Shown in pieces: positions 36,727 to 46,521 of a stretch of 64,000 nt of DNA. Each line of letters begins with the position of its first letter. The stretch's first letter is position 1. A program made the position numbers and the translations under genes. This stretch comes from a virus: the IMG/VR virus record IMGVR_UViG_3300030329_005813, positions 64,001-128,000 of that record, one strand, 5' to 3'. The notes under the pieces are model-generated. The model was not told the DNA's origin. It ran no database searches and saw nothing but the letters and a program-made list of their open reading frames with translations.

Positions 36727-37626
36727 CTATACCTTTTTAATAAATCTGACGGGAATATCAACTCTATACCCAGTTCTTTGACCGGTCACTCTTACAAACG
36801 TGTCGATTATATTACATGACACAGTTTCAATTGTTTTTGTAGAACCCAACTTAGTAAACAAATAAGTGCTTGATTCTAAATCAATTGAAGCTTTAATTTT
36901 GAATTGCAACATAGACCCTCTTGCACCAGCAATTACCTGCTGTGCTGTAACAACAGAAGTGTCTGGATTTGTTCGTACAAACCCGGGATTGCTATCAAGA
37001 GTAAGAAAATAACTGGCAATATTATCGTCGTCAATAAAAGAAACAGCAGCAGGCGATGTTCCATCTGCCGAATAAATTGTTCCCAAGCGATTATCAATCT
37101 CAATAATATATTGGGTCTCTAACAAGGAGCCGGCCAATGTTCTGTTGGCCGGTACAGCACTATTATCAATACCTTGATCTAATCTAAATCTTTTAGAATC
37201 AGCTAAATTTTCACCGTTGAAAATTCCAACGACATTATTTAAATTAGAATCATCTCTAGCTGTATTTTTGTCGACGGCGACTACAAATATATTATCTGTA
37301 GCGTAGCGCTTGCTATCGTTAGAAAATGATTCATTGAGCTTAACAACCGGCAAGTATAGAAGGCTTGGATTTGGAATTGTAATCAGCTTAGACTTCATAG
37401 AAGAAGCATTATTTGTAAAAGCCTCTAAGACCGGCGTTTGTAAAATCGATAAATCCTCATATCCACTAGAGGTAACCGCCGTATAGTTTGAGTAATCAAT
37501 CTCGTCGTCACCTAAAGCAAAAGAAACAATTCTAAAACTACCGTCACCCTTTGCTAATCTCATCCTTCCTGTGTCAGTTAATACAGCGTCCAGTATGATG
37601 TCGCCGCTATTATCTAAAAAAGCCAT
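36727..37626 (-). CDS. putative baseplate/tail structural protein
   Basis: MAFLDNSGDIILDAVLTDTGRMRLAKGDGSFRIVSFALGDDEIDY. Confidence 0.6.
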   Translation of the reverse strand: MAFLDNSGDIILDAVLTDTGRMRLAKGDGSFRIVSFALGDDEIDYSNYTAVTSSGYEDLSILQTPVLEAFTNNASSMKSKLITIPNPSLLYLPVVKLNESFSNDSKRYATDNIFVVAVDKNTARDDSNLNNVVGIFNGENLADSKRFRLDQGIDNSAVPANRTLAGSLLETQYIIEIDNRLGTIYSADGTSPAAVSFIDDDNIASYFLTLDSNPGFVRTNPDTSVVTAQQVIAGARGSMLQFKIKASIDLESSTYLFTKLGSTKTIETVSCNIIDTFVRVTGQRTGYRVDIPVRFIKKV

Positions 37627-37642
37627 AGTATTCTCCTGTATA

Positions 37643-37670
37643 TAAATAGTTCTTTCAATATCTAAATAGT
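37643..37670 (-). promoter_or_regulatory. tandem pair of ACTATTTA motifs
   Basis: Copies at 37643-37650 and 37663-37670, 20 bp apart. Confidence 0.55.
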
Positions 37671-37687
37671 CAAGTTAAATAATTTAT

Positions 37688-40600
37688 TTATGAATATCCG
37701 CCGCCGCGGGACGGTGAGCCACTAAGTCTACGCTCTTGAGCAGTTGGCTGTGTGCCCTCAGCTCTTTCAAAACCCTGCTCGGTTAGGTTTGGCCCCGCTT
37801 TAGCTTCTGTGCCCCTTTGATTTTGAAGGCGACGGCTTCGGCCAATCTCTCCTAGGGCACGATTAAATCCTAATTCTTCTAGAACTCCTGTTTTTGGAAT
37901 TACTAAACCTTCATTTTCTTTTGGCTCTTGAAAATTAGTAACTTCTGGTGAGCAAAGCACCTCGGGGTTTTCTAGATGTTCGGTCTTAAAGTTAAGGTTT
38001 ATATCTACCATTCTTTTTGTTTTGCTAGATGTTAAGCGAAGTTTAAATTTCTTGCCCCACAGTTTTTGATCTCTAGCACCCAGTTTAATATCTCCGTCAG
38101 CAGCCGTTGCGCTAAAAGCCTCAGTTAAGTTAGAGCTTTTTGTATCGACAATCGACTGCAAATATTCTGGTCTGACCTGAATTAAACGCTCGGCTGATTT
38201 ATCTAAATCAACTGGCATTGGTTCGTCCGGCTCGTATATATTTACTAATGGGTACACTGCCCCGTCTGAGTCGACCACCTCCACTTCATATATAGGAGTA
38301 GGGTTGGAAACGTGTCCATGGACATCAACAGATCTAAAAATGTAATAATATTTTGTATTCGGAAGCACTTTCTCCACAAATGAAATAGCATCAACTTGTT
38401 GGCCTGGACGATCTTTAACCCGGGCAAGAATAGTTTTTACCGATGCATTTGCAAAATCTGTATACCTCTTCGGTCTTCTAGTGAGTGTTCGGACTTCAAA
38501 TTGTTGGACTGGATCGTCAGAAGAAAATTTAATTGTGCCGTCTTTTGATTTTTGTGCTCGCATTAGCGCGCTAAAAGACCTTGTATCTTGTGGTGTAATA
38601 GGTACTGGACGGTCATAATAATCACCGAGGCCGGCGCCGACCAGAAATAATAATTCGTTATTAACTGCTCTATATGGTGCTATTTCTACATCTGGCCCAA
38701 CAGGATGAGTATCTACTGCTTTGCCGGACCACATCATGTAAGGTATTTGATGAACCTTTAACGATGGAATAGTTGTTGCCAAAAACGTTTCTCTACAAGG
38801 CTCTGGGGGTGGGCACTCACACATTATTTCTGGTGTTTCACGGCCCAAGTAAACTGCCTCTAGAGACGAATTGGCAAACTTAACTTTATCTCCCATAGTG
38901 CGAGTCGTTTGACTATAAGTTTTGCCTTGTTCCCAATGGTCTGGGCAGCTTTGAATGCCGAATCGACCAACTTTAAAATTTGTTTTATTTGTAGACGGCA
39001 ACTGTATATTAGCTTTTTTTAATTTTGCTTTGAAAAGAGCACTAGAGCGACCGGGAACAACTTGTGCCTCCAGATCTTTTCTCAAACGCGCAAAGACAGT
39101 ACAGGCTTTAGTCTTATCGGGTGGTGTTGATGGCGGGGGTACATTTTCAAAAACTTCTTCAACCGTCCAGACAGTAGAAGGAGGAAGGTAATGATCGCAA
39201 TAAGATATAAATACAAATTCATACTCGCGAGTTGTTTGAACTTGTGGATTCAGCATTGCAGGAGAATTTGGATCTGGGCTGGTTCCGGGTGGACACACCT
39301 CAACGGTACCGGTAGTATTAGGTTCTTCTATTATAACTCGCCTAGATCTTTGAGCTATAATTATACCAGTGCCCTGCGTTTTAAAAGAGGGATCAAAGCG
39401 CTTTACATACTGGGCGACGCGTTGATATTTTTCATAATCTGATAGATTTTGATTTTGTATAATGCCGCCAATTGGCCTAACTTCATCTAGCGTATAAGGC
39501 CCAGACATGTCTACATTTCCAGGCTCAACAAGATCACAAGGCACTGGTTCTGGTTTTTTACTAAACTGTGAATAGAAGTACTCTGTTCCAACAGAAAGTT
39601 CATAGGCAGTTACTAAATATGTGTATTCTTTATTATACTTAATCTGAGTGTCAACATATTCCACTATGTCAATTGTATTAGAGTTTGGAATCCAAACATT
39701 TTGTATTGGTTGAATATTTTCTTGCTCAATAATATTAAACATTTCCTCTAAATTAATTGAAACATCAGATACATCAACTGGAGTTTCGCTTAGATTAGAA
39801 CTGCCAGGTGATCGTGTTCTAAGATTATGCCCAGTCGAATTAAAAGTCTCAGTTGCTTGAAGATTGGACCCTATTGACCGAGATGTTGTTGCACCGGTAG
39901 TGGTATCATTTTGCTGGTCTAGTGTGCTTCTAGTATCAATTACAGATCTAATATCACTAGTAGAATACTTAGATATTCTATACGCAATTGTTTCTGAATG
40001 GGGCGTGTCGCCTCTCATCATCTCTTGATAAGAACGTAAGTGTAGCTTAGATATGTTATTTAATTTTCCAGATAATATTAAATAATTGGCCAAAAGAGAC
40101 ATTTTTTGCTGGTATAGATTACCTCGCAAAGCAACATCTATTGAATCATTTGTGTTTCCTAAGAATATATGATCACCAGGAAGTGGAACGACCGAAGGTG
40201 GTATATCTGGCAAGCTCATTAGCCACTGATACAGATCAAATGTAACTAAGTTTCTAGAATATGGTCCAGACGGAACAGACTGCTCTGTATCAATTGTCGA
40301 TTGAAGTCTTTTTGCAAATCTAAAATTTAATGGTGCTTGGCCTTCTTCGCGAGGAATTCTTGTATCTTTAAGTGTTGACTCTGTGTAAGCTCTAGAAGAT
40401 GTATTGCCCTCAGGCGGGGTAACCAAAACTTGACCCTCTGAGAGTCTTCTAAGCATCATAGCTTCCATCTTGGAATCTTCCAAGGAGTCGGCTACAAAAG
40501 TATTTCTATCAGTACCAAAAGAAAGCTTGGCATCCATCGGAAACGAGGTTGCGTATATATTTTGGTTTTGCATAAATGGTAGCTGCCTAGCAGATATTAA

Positions 40601-41602
40601 ATAATCTTTATAGCTTCTTTGCAAAAACAGTTTGGAAAATTCTTTAAATCTACATTTAACATTATTTTGTAAATACACTACGTAGGGCACGGTACCGTCT
40701 TGGGCAGACGTAAAGTATAGATTTGGAATTTTTACTTCTGGCACCTTTGGGCTTAGAAGCCTTTCGTACTCTTCCATAAAAAAGTTATAATTAAATGATA
40801 AATCCGACTGTAAAGCTTTTTCTTTCCCTTCAAGTTGCTGGCTTTCTATTTCTGACAGAGGGGCGGCAACTTGAAACCAGATATCTCTAAAAAGTCTAAT
40901 TCCACCTGGCACAGGAGGACGTTGAATCATATAAATACTGTCTTCGGCGGCAGAATTATTGTCTACCTGACCTATTAAAGATAATAGGCCGCTGGATGCC
41001 ATCATGCTATCTAAGTTTTGTTCTGATACTGCGCCTTGGCCCCCGCAGGAAGATCTTGCAAAAAATGGATCTCTTAATTGCTTTATAGCGCCGCTAAATA
41101 AAGCTTTTTTATAGTTTTTAACGCGACGATCTGAGATTTTTTTCAATACTTCTGTTGGGCTACCTACACTAAAATGGTCGGTAAAATATCTTTCTAGATA
41201 TGAATCCCAATCAACACAATCTCCCTCGGAACTTGCTGATTCGCCAGATGGTGGTGTTGGCATAACAGGAGAGTTAGGGTCCGGATTGGAAGTAGCGCCG
41301 TCAAGAGTTATATATTCACTGCCGGCTGAGGCGGCGGGAACTATCGGAAACGCACCCTTATTGGCAGTAATAGATACTACTTGAGTTTTAACTGGTAGTG
41401 AAATACCATGAAAATAATCTTGCTCCCATTCTATAATAGGACCATAAGCCATATTAAATGGCTTTGGGTTAACTTCGTAACCATACTGTAGGCCCATATT
41501 TCTGCTCTCAACCCAAGCTCGGCCTTGTGTATTTCGAAAATTATCAGCGGTTAATGATTCACTGCATTGATGTACATAGATATATTTTTTTGATAAGCTC
41601 AT
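37688..41602 (-). CDS. large putative virion protein with FN3-like strands
   Basis: 1304 aa; YVDTQIKYNKEYTYLVTAY and PNTKYYYIFRSVDVHG; Cys/Pro-rich inserts. Confidence 0.5.
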   Translation of the reverse strand: MSLSKKYIYVHQCSESLTADNFRNTQGRAWVESRNMGLQYGYEVNPKPFNMAYGPIIEWEQDYFHGISLPVKTQVVSITANKGAFPIVPAASAGSEYITLDGATSNPDPNSPVMPTPPSGESASSEGDCVDWDSYLERYFTDHFSVGSPTEVLKKISDRRVKNYKKALFSGAIKQLRDPFFARSSCGGQGAVSEQNLDSMMASSGLLSLIGQVDNNSAAEDSIYMIQRPPVPGGIRLFRDIWFQVAAPLSEIESQQLEGKEKALQSDLSFNYNFFMEEYERLLSPKVPEVKIPNLYFTSAQDGTVPYVVYLQNNVKCRFKEFSKLFLQRSYKDYLISARQLPFMQNQNIYATSFPMDAKLSFGTDRNTFVADSLEDSKMEAMMLRRLSEGQVLVTPPEGNTSSRAYTESTLKDTRIPREEGQAPLNFRFAKRLQSTIDTEQSVPSGPYSRNLVTFDLYQWLMSLPDIPPSVVPLPGDHIFLGNTNDSIDVALRGNLYQQKMSLLANYLILSGKLNNISKLHLRSYQEMMRGDTPHSETIAYRISKYSTSDIRSVIDTRSTLDQQNDTTTGATTSRSIGSNLQATETFNSTGHNLRTRSPGSSNLSETPVDVSDVSINLEEMFNIIEQENIQPIQNVWIPNSNTIDIVEYVDTQIKYNKEYTYLVTAYELSVGTEYFYSQFSKKPEPVPCDLVEPGNVDMSGPYTLDEVRPIGGIIQNQNLSDYEKYQRVAQYVKRFDPSFKTQGTGIIIAQRSRRVIIEEPNTTGTVEVCPPGTSPDPNSPAMLNPQVQTTREYEFVFISYCDHYLPPSTVWTVEEVFENVPPPSTPPDKTKACTVFARLRKDLEAQVVPGRSSALFKAKLKKANIQLPSTNKTNFKVGRFGIQSCPDHWEQGKTYSQTTRTMGDKVKFANSSLEAVYLGRETPEIMCECPPPEPCRETFLATTIPSLKVHQIPYMMWSGKAVDTHPVGPDVEIAPYRAVNNELLFLVGAGLGDYYDRPVPITPQDTRSFSALMRAQKSKDGTIKFSSDDPVQQFEVRTLTRRPKRYTDFANASVKTILARVKDRPGQQVDAISFVEKVLPNTKYYYIFRSVDVHGHVSNPTPIYEVEVVDSDGAVYPLVNIYEPDEPMPVDLDKSAERLIQVRPEYLQSIVDTKSSNLTEAFSATAADGDIKLGARDQKLWGKKFKLRLTSSKTKRMVDINLNFKTEHLENPEVLCSPEVTNFQEPKENEGLVIPKTGVLEELGFNRALGEIGRSRRLQNQRGTEAKAGPNLTEQGFERAEGTQPTAQERRLSGSPSRGGGYS

Positions 41603-41612
41603 CTATTTGGCC

Positions 41613-44600
41613 TTAACAACTTTCATTTACATTTGTAGTAATTTGTGATAGGTCTGTAAATTGTAAACGATTCATTTCGGTATTAATATAATTAGTTAGC
41701 TGCGCCTCTCTATCTACTACTTCTGTAGTAAAAGTTGTTTGCACAGTTGCTGGAGTGGGGCCGGCGGTCGGTGTTGGGGCGATAGACGGCGTTATTAGAA
41801 AGTTTTGATTATAAACTTCTGTCGTATCTCCCAAATCAGTTCCAATAGCAAACGTTGGATTAGTTATCGGCTGAATTCTGGCCAGTAATGGCTCACCTTC
41901 GGGGATTGACTCTAAGACCTCCAAAGTTAACGGTTCATATATCTCCATTCCACTAGAGGCGACGGTGGTTGTAGCGCCGTAGCCGACAAAATACTCTATT
42001 TGTGCTGTTTTTCCTTGATTAAAACGATAAATATTTCTTAAATCTGAGTCTTTCAACAAGTCTCTATCGTGATCCAACCAGTTTCTTGCACCACCATCTC
42101 TACTATCAAACAGAGCACGGACACCGGTTGGAATATTATCTATTTCTCTTTTCGATAAACCTGCTAATATATTGTCTTCTTTTTCTAAATCAAAGTTTTG
42201 TATCGATAAAGTAGAAGATAAATCACTATAGTTGTCTTTTACAGGTATTTCTTGATCACTATTAAAGGCGCTATCTTGAACTATGAGGCCCAAATCTAAT
42301 GCACTATCACTAATTGATGTTGCTATATTTGTGATTGTGCTAGCCACAAAAGGGTCGCTAGTATCAATTCCGCCCTCTTCGGCCAAATCAAAAGAATCTG
42401 ATATATTCCTACGATTAAAATTATTATTTCCAAATACTCCAGTAGTATCGTCAGTATAACTCTGTATTGGTTCGGACTCGTGCTCTTCATAGTAAACACT
42501 CAATCCCATATCGGCCAATAACTCTTCGGACATATCATCGACGCTAACAGCCTCACTGTGGGCTTCGTCTTTTGTCATACTAGCCTGCACAATTTTTAAT
42601 TTTATTTCATTATACTTTTCAATATTGTCTATTTCGGTATCTGCTCCAATAAGTTTCATAGAAGTTGGGCCGGCTTTTATCATAGCCGGCGTCATGAAGC
42701 TGTAGTCTCTGCCTGATGGTCGGGGTCTTCGGCGCTGATTTTGTCGCGTATTAGGCTTAGCCGAGGTGGCATCGCGAGCATAGAATTTTAATTTTTCTTC
42801 TCTAATTCTTTCTTCATACTCGGAAGCGTTAATACTTGGAAAAGATAATGTTTTTTTGGCACCAACATAATCATACCCAACATTATCTTTCTTATTACGA
42901 TTTACAAGAAAATTAAAATTCTTTTTGAACGTCAATACGCCAGAAGACGATCTTGATTTGCTTGAGATTTTTGATTTTGCATCGGCCTTAGCGCCGTGGT
43001 AAGAATCAATATTTAAGTTTCCTTCTAAAACTTTTAATAATTTTTGCTCTATTGATTCCATTATATTTACCAAGGATTCTAGGCCTTCTATGCTGCCACT
43101 TTGAAGACTAGCGATAGACATAAGGTAATAAACTGTTTTTCTTTTTTTCTTACCCTTAACAAGCTCTATAATATCGATTATTTTCATAATTGCATCGCGT
43201 ATTACTTTTAAGTGTTCCATACCCTTTTTGCTTCTATAGGAATCCCTAAATCTTTTGTTAACACGATCATAGCTTTTATTACTAATATTATAGGACACTA
43301 ACTCCTCTAGCTTATCTTTTGCTCGACAAAAACTCATTAGTTTTTGGTTCATATAATCGATAGTGGGATCTTTTACTTCTATTTCAACCGAATAATTAAA
43401 CTTGCCACTAGTAAATTTTGAAATTTCTTCGTCTGTAACGGAAAATACTCTACGATTTTTCAAATTAGCAATAGACACCTCTTCCATCGAGCCAACTGGT
43501 TCCTCGGGTACCCCATCGAAATTTTTATCTATTCTTCTGTTGTTTTTTCTTAGCTTTCCTTTAGAAGTGCGCGGTGATGACATGTTTTTTGTGCCAGAAC
43601 TTCTATCAGTTCCTGTATCTGATGAAAATACCACCAATTCTCTTTCAGCAGGCTGATTTTCTAACGTATCGTTGCTTACCTTGCTTGTTCCAAATCTAGA
43701 TTTACTTTTGGTATCTGTGCCTCTTTGTCTAAAAATTTGTATACTTTTGATTAATCCAGACTCATATATTGACCGGTCGCGAAGACCAGGAAATCTACTC
43801 TGAGATTTTATTAAATTTTCAGTATCGATGTGGAATAAAAATCTTGTTTTACCATCTGCGTCTTTAGATTCAATTGGTTCAGAAATATATGTAGCCGCTA
43901 CATTTTCAGGCGCAGCTGTTGTAAACAGATTATTGACTAAACTTGCTTGCCTGTTGACAGTAATGGGTGCCAAATTTAAATTAAGTATTTCTTTTTTTAT
44001 TGCATGATTTTTTATTTTAAGGTTTGGAACAGATTGCTTGACTAACCTAGCGTGGGAAAAAGGAGTATGCTTTGCGCCAGCCATCCAACCCATTTCCGGG
44101 TGGTAATGTACTGGTCCGTCCCAGGTAGAGCCGTCGACGACCGAACGAAAAATGTTTGATTCAATTACAGGCATACCATTCTCTATTATTTTTTCTGAGC
44201 TGGTTTTCATACTAAATAATTCTGTTCTCATACTGTTGTACAGGCTCGTCGGCATTTCAAAATCAAAATCCGATTTCATTCTTTCTATATCTAAATCCAT
44301 ATATTCTACAACTTCTAAATAATTTAAATTAGAGCCTTTAACTGGAACTGTTATGTTGTAATTAAACTTTCGAACTTGAGAGCCATCATTTTTTGTTACG
44401 ACTCTGGTATTATCTAAAGTTTTTGCAGAATGATTTCTGGGATCTATCGTATGTACTGTGGCATGTTGGTGGCGAACTGCTTCTTCTACAATGTCAGCAA
44501 TATTTGCACAATCTTCTTTTATTCGTCTTGAATACTGAGGGCTTGTAAAAGTTACTACTTTAATTTGCATATAGTTTATAGCACGATCTGTAATCGGATA

Positions 44601-45443
44601 GCAACACTCATCACAGTCATCAGAGTACCAACTAGGAGGCACCCTAGGAGGGGGTGGTTGGGGCGTCGATATCGCCGGTGGTTGGTTATTTAAAATTTCT
44701 TGAAGATTGGTTTCGAGAGTTTCATCCATCGTGTTCAAGGAAGATTGAATTGTATTTCCTATAAGGCCTCCTAAACCGGACGGTCCTGATGTTGCAGGTG
44801 GAACAAGATCTGGATCATTATAGCATACTAATTCTGTAACTTCGCCGCCGGCCGTTTCCTCTGTTGTGCGCTCTGAGGATCCAGGGCCGCCACCGGTACC
44901 GGCGGCAGCGGACATCATTCCGCCAGACATTGCAGCATCTTTTATATCACTAATTAAAACAGCCTGAAGAGTTGTTTCAAGAGTTTCCCCCATAGTTTCA
45001 ACAGATGTTGAAACAGCTGCCTCGATTAATCCACCAGCACCCAAAGGTGTTAAGCCGGTATCGTCTTCTTGTGACAATACAATTTCAAGGGTAGTCTCAA
45101 GAGTTTCGTCCATATTTTCGGCGGCGCCGGTGATTGAACTTCCTATAAGGTTTCCGAACCCAGACAGTCCTTGTTGTTCTTCTGCAACTTCTTGTAAAAT
45201 TTCCGGGTTTTCTTCTTCTGCCTGTTCAATTAATGCACGAGCTTCATCATAAGCGTCTAATGCAGCTTGAGCAGCAGCAACGGCCGCCTCAAAGTTCTCC
45301 AGGCTTTGATCAAAAGTTTCACCGCGAATGGAAAAGTCGCCGGCGATCAACCCTTCCAGGCTTTCCTGTGCGGCTTCAAGTTCTGCCAGCAGTTGATCGC
45401 GTTCGCTATAAGATGTATCATATGAAACTGATTCAACGGGCAT
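41613..45443 (-). CDS. large hypothetical protein with N-terminal repeats
   Basis: 1276-aa ORF within the baseplate cluster. Confidence 0.5.
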   Translation of the reverse strand: MPVESVSYDTSYSERDQLLAELEAAQESLEGLIAGDFSIRGETFDQSLENFEAAVAAAQAALDAYDEARALIEQAEEENPEILQEVAEEQQGLSGFGNLIGSSITGAAENMDETLETTLEIVLSQEDDTGLTPLGAGGLIEAAVSTSVETMGETLETTLQAVLISDIKDAAMSGGMMSAAAGTGGGPGSSERTTEETAGGEVTELVCYNDPDLVPPATSGPSGLGGLIGNTIQSSLNTMDETLETNLQEILNNQPPAISTPQPPPPRVPPSWYSDDCDECCYPITDRAINYMQIKVVTFTSPQYSRRIKEDCANIADIVEEAVRHQHATVHTIDPRNHSAKTLDNTRVVTKNDGSQVRKFNYNITVPVKGSNLNYLEVVEYMDLDIERMKSDFDFEMPTSLYNSMRTELFSMKTSSEKIIENGMPVIESNIFRSVVDGSTWDGPVHYHPEMGWMAGAKHTPFSHARLVKQSVPNLKIKNHAIKKEILNLNLAPITVNRQASLVNNLFTTAAPENVAATYISEPIESKDADGKTRFLFHIDTENLIKSQSRFPGLRDRSIYESGLIKSIQIFRQRGTDTKSKSRFGTSKVSNDTLENQPAERELVVFSSDTGTDRSSGTKNMSSPRTSKGKLRKNNRRIDKNFDGVPEEPVGSMEEVSIANLKNRRVFSVTDEEISKFTSGKFNYSVEIEVKDPTIDYMNQKLMSFCRAKDKLEELVSYNISNKSYDRVNKRFRDSYRSKKGMEHLKVIRDAIMKIIDIIELVKGKKKRKTVYYLMSIASLQSGSIEGLESLVNIMESIEQKLLKVLEGNLNIDSYHGAKADAKSKISSKSRSSSGVLTFKKNFNFLVNRNKKDNVGYDYVGAKKTLSFPSINASEYEERIREEKLKFYARDATSAKPNTRQNQRRRPRPSGRDYSFMTPAMIKAGPTSMKLIGADTEIDNIEKYNEIKLKIVQASMTKDEAHSEAVSVDDMSEELLADMGLSVYYEEHESEPIQSYTDDTTGVFGNNNFNRRNISDSFDLAEEGGIDTSDPFVASTITNIATSISDSALDLGLIVQDSAFNSDQEIPVKDNYSDLSSTLSIQNFDLEKEDNILAGLSKREIDNIPTGVRALFDSRDGGARNWLDHDRDLLKDSDLRNIYRFNQGKTAQIEYFVGYGATTTVASSGMEIYEPLTLEVLESIPEGEPLLARIQPITNPTFAIGTDLGDTTEVYNQNFLITPSIAPTPTAGPTPATVQTTFTTEVVDREAQLTNYINTEMNRLQFTDLSQITTNVNESC

Positions 45444-45444
45444 T

Positions 45445-46518
45445 TTATTCTTGTTCCTCGCACTTTTCAGTACCGGCTTTATCCTTGTGTGTAATAGTTG
45501 TTACAGGGCCAGTATAAATATCATAACGCGTTGAACGTCTTGTGTCCGGACAGTTAACATCCAATCCAACGCGTAATCTTTTCTTCTCAAACGTTGACTG
45601 TGCCTCGCATAAATCTGCTACATCTATTTCGTCGTCGACCAATACATTAAAATAATAATCTACCATTTTATCGTCCAAGTTAATTAAAGGCTCTGCCGGC
45701 AACTCATCTCTATCAAATAAAATATTGTTCTTTACTAAATTAGTCTTTTTCTTAAAAAATAATGGCTTAAGATTTTCTTTAATACTTCTATTTCCTGCTA
45801 AACCAGAACGAGCAGAAATCATATCTTCTTCTACTATTTCAAATATTTCCACCTCGACATTACTCTTATCGTGTTCAGTGTTTTCCTCTATAACTTCTAA
45901 CAATAAGTGATCCGGGTCAACGACAACATACGTTCCATCAGCGTAAACTTCACTGTTAAGAGCAGGATCTGGTACAATGGCTAGCTCATTTGTTGCCACT
46001 TGAGTATTAAATATGGATGTTTTATGCACTAAATCAACGTCAATTTGTGGAATCCTAAGTGTTTGATAGCTCGCTGTTAAGTGTGTGACTGAACCGCTTA
46101 TTTCGCCGTTTAATACTTTAATTGACCATTTTGGAGCAGCATCTGTTTCTGGTGAGCATGTCCCAAGCGGCTCGGTTGCTAAGAAAAGTTTCTGCTCGTG
46201 AGCCTGTTCAACTGTTGCCAACATTTGAGCTTTATCTGTGTAGGCTCCCAAAGAAATAGCCGGTTGATATATTTTTTTTAAATTATATTCACGACCAACA
46301 CGAGTGGTTACTGTTTTAAGCTGAGGGGTATTGTGTTGAATTCTGTCTTCTATGTCTTTAGAATATTCGGTTACATTAGCATAGTCACCATCGTAAAGAA
46401 TATTACTATCGTGAAAAGAATAATATACTGGACGTAGCTTGCCAATAGATAGCAAATATCTTCCGTGAGGCGTTAGTTGTATATCTAAGACTTCTTCTTT
46501 TTTGTTTGCAAAAAGCAT
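45445..46518 (-). CDS. putative baseplate structural protein
   Basis: N-terminal LDIQLTPHGRYLLSIG...YYSFHDSNILYD similar to the N-terminus of 36727..37626. Confidence 0.55.
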   Translation of the reverse strand: MLFANKKEEVLDIQLTPHGRYLLSIGKLRPVYYSFHDSNILYDGDYANVTEYSKDIEDRIQHNTPQLKTVTTRVGREYNLKKIYQPAISLGAYTDKAQMLATVEQAHEQKLFLATEPLGTCSPETDAAPKWSIKVLNGEISGSVTHLTASYQTLRIPQIDVDLVHKTSIFNTQVATNELAIVPDPALNSEVYADGTYVVVDPDHLLLEVIEENTEHDKSNVEVEIFEIVEEDMISARSGLAGNRSIKENLKPLFFKKKTNLVKNNILFDRDELPAEPLINLDDKMVDYYFNVLVDDEIDVADLCEAQSTFEKKRLRVGLDVNCPDTRRSTRYDIYTGPVTTITHKDKAGTEKCEEQE

Positions 46519-46521
46519 ATA

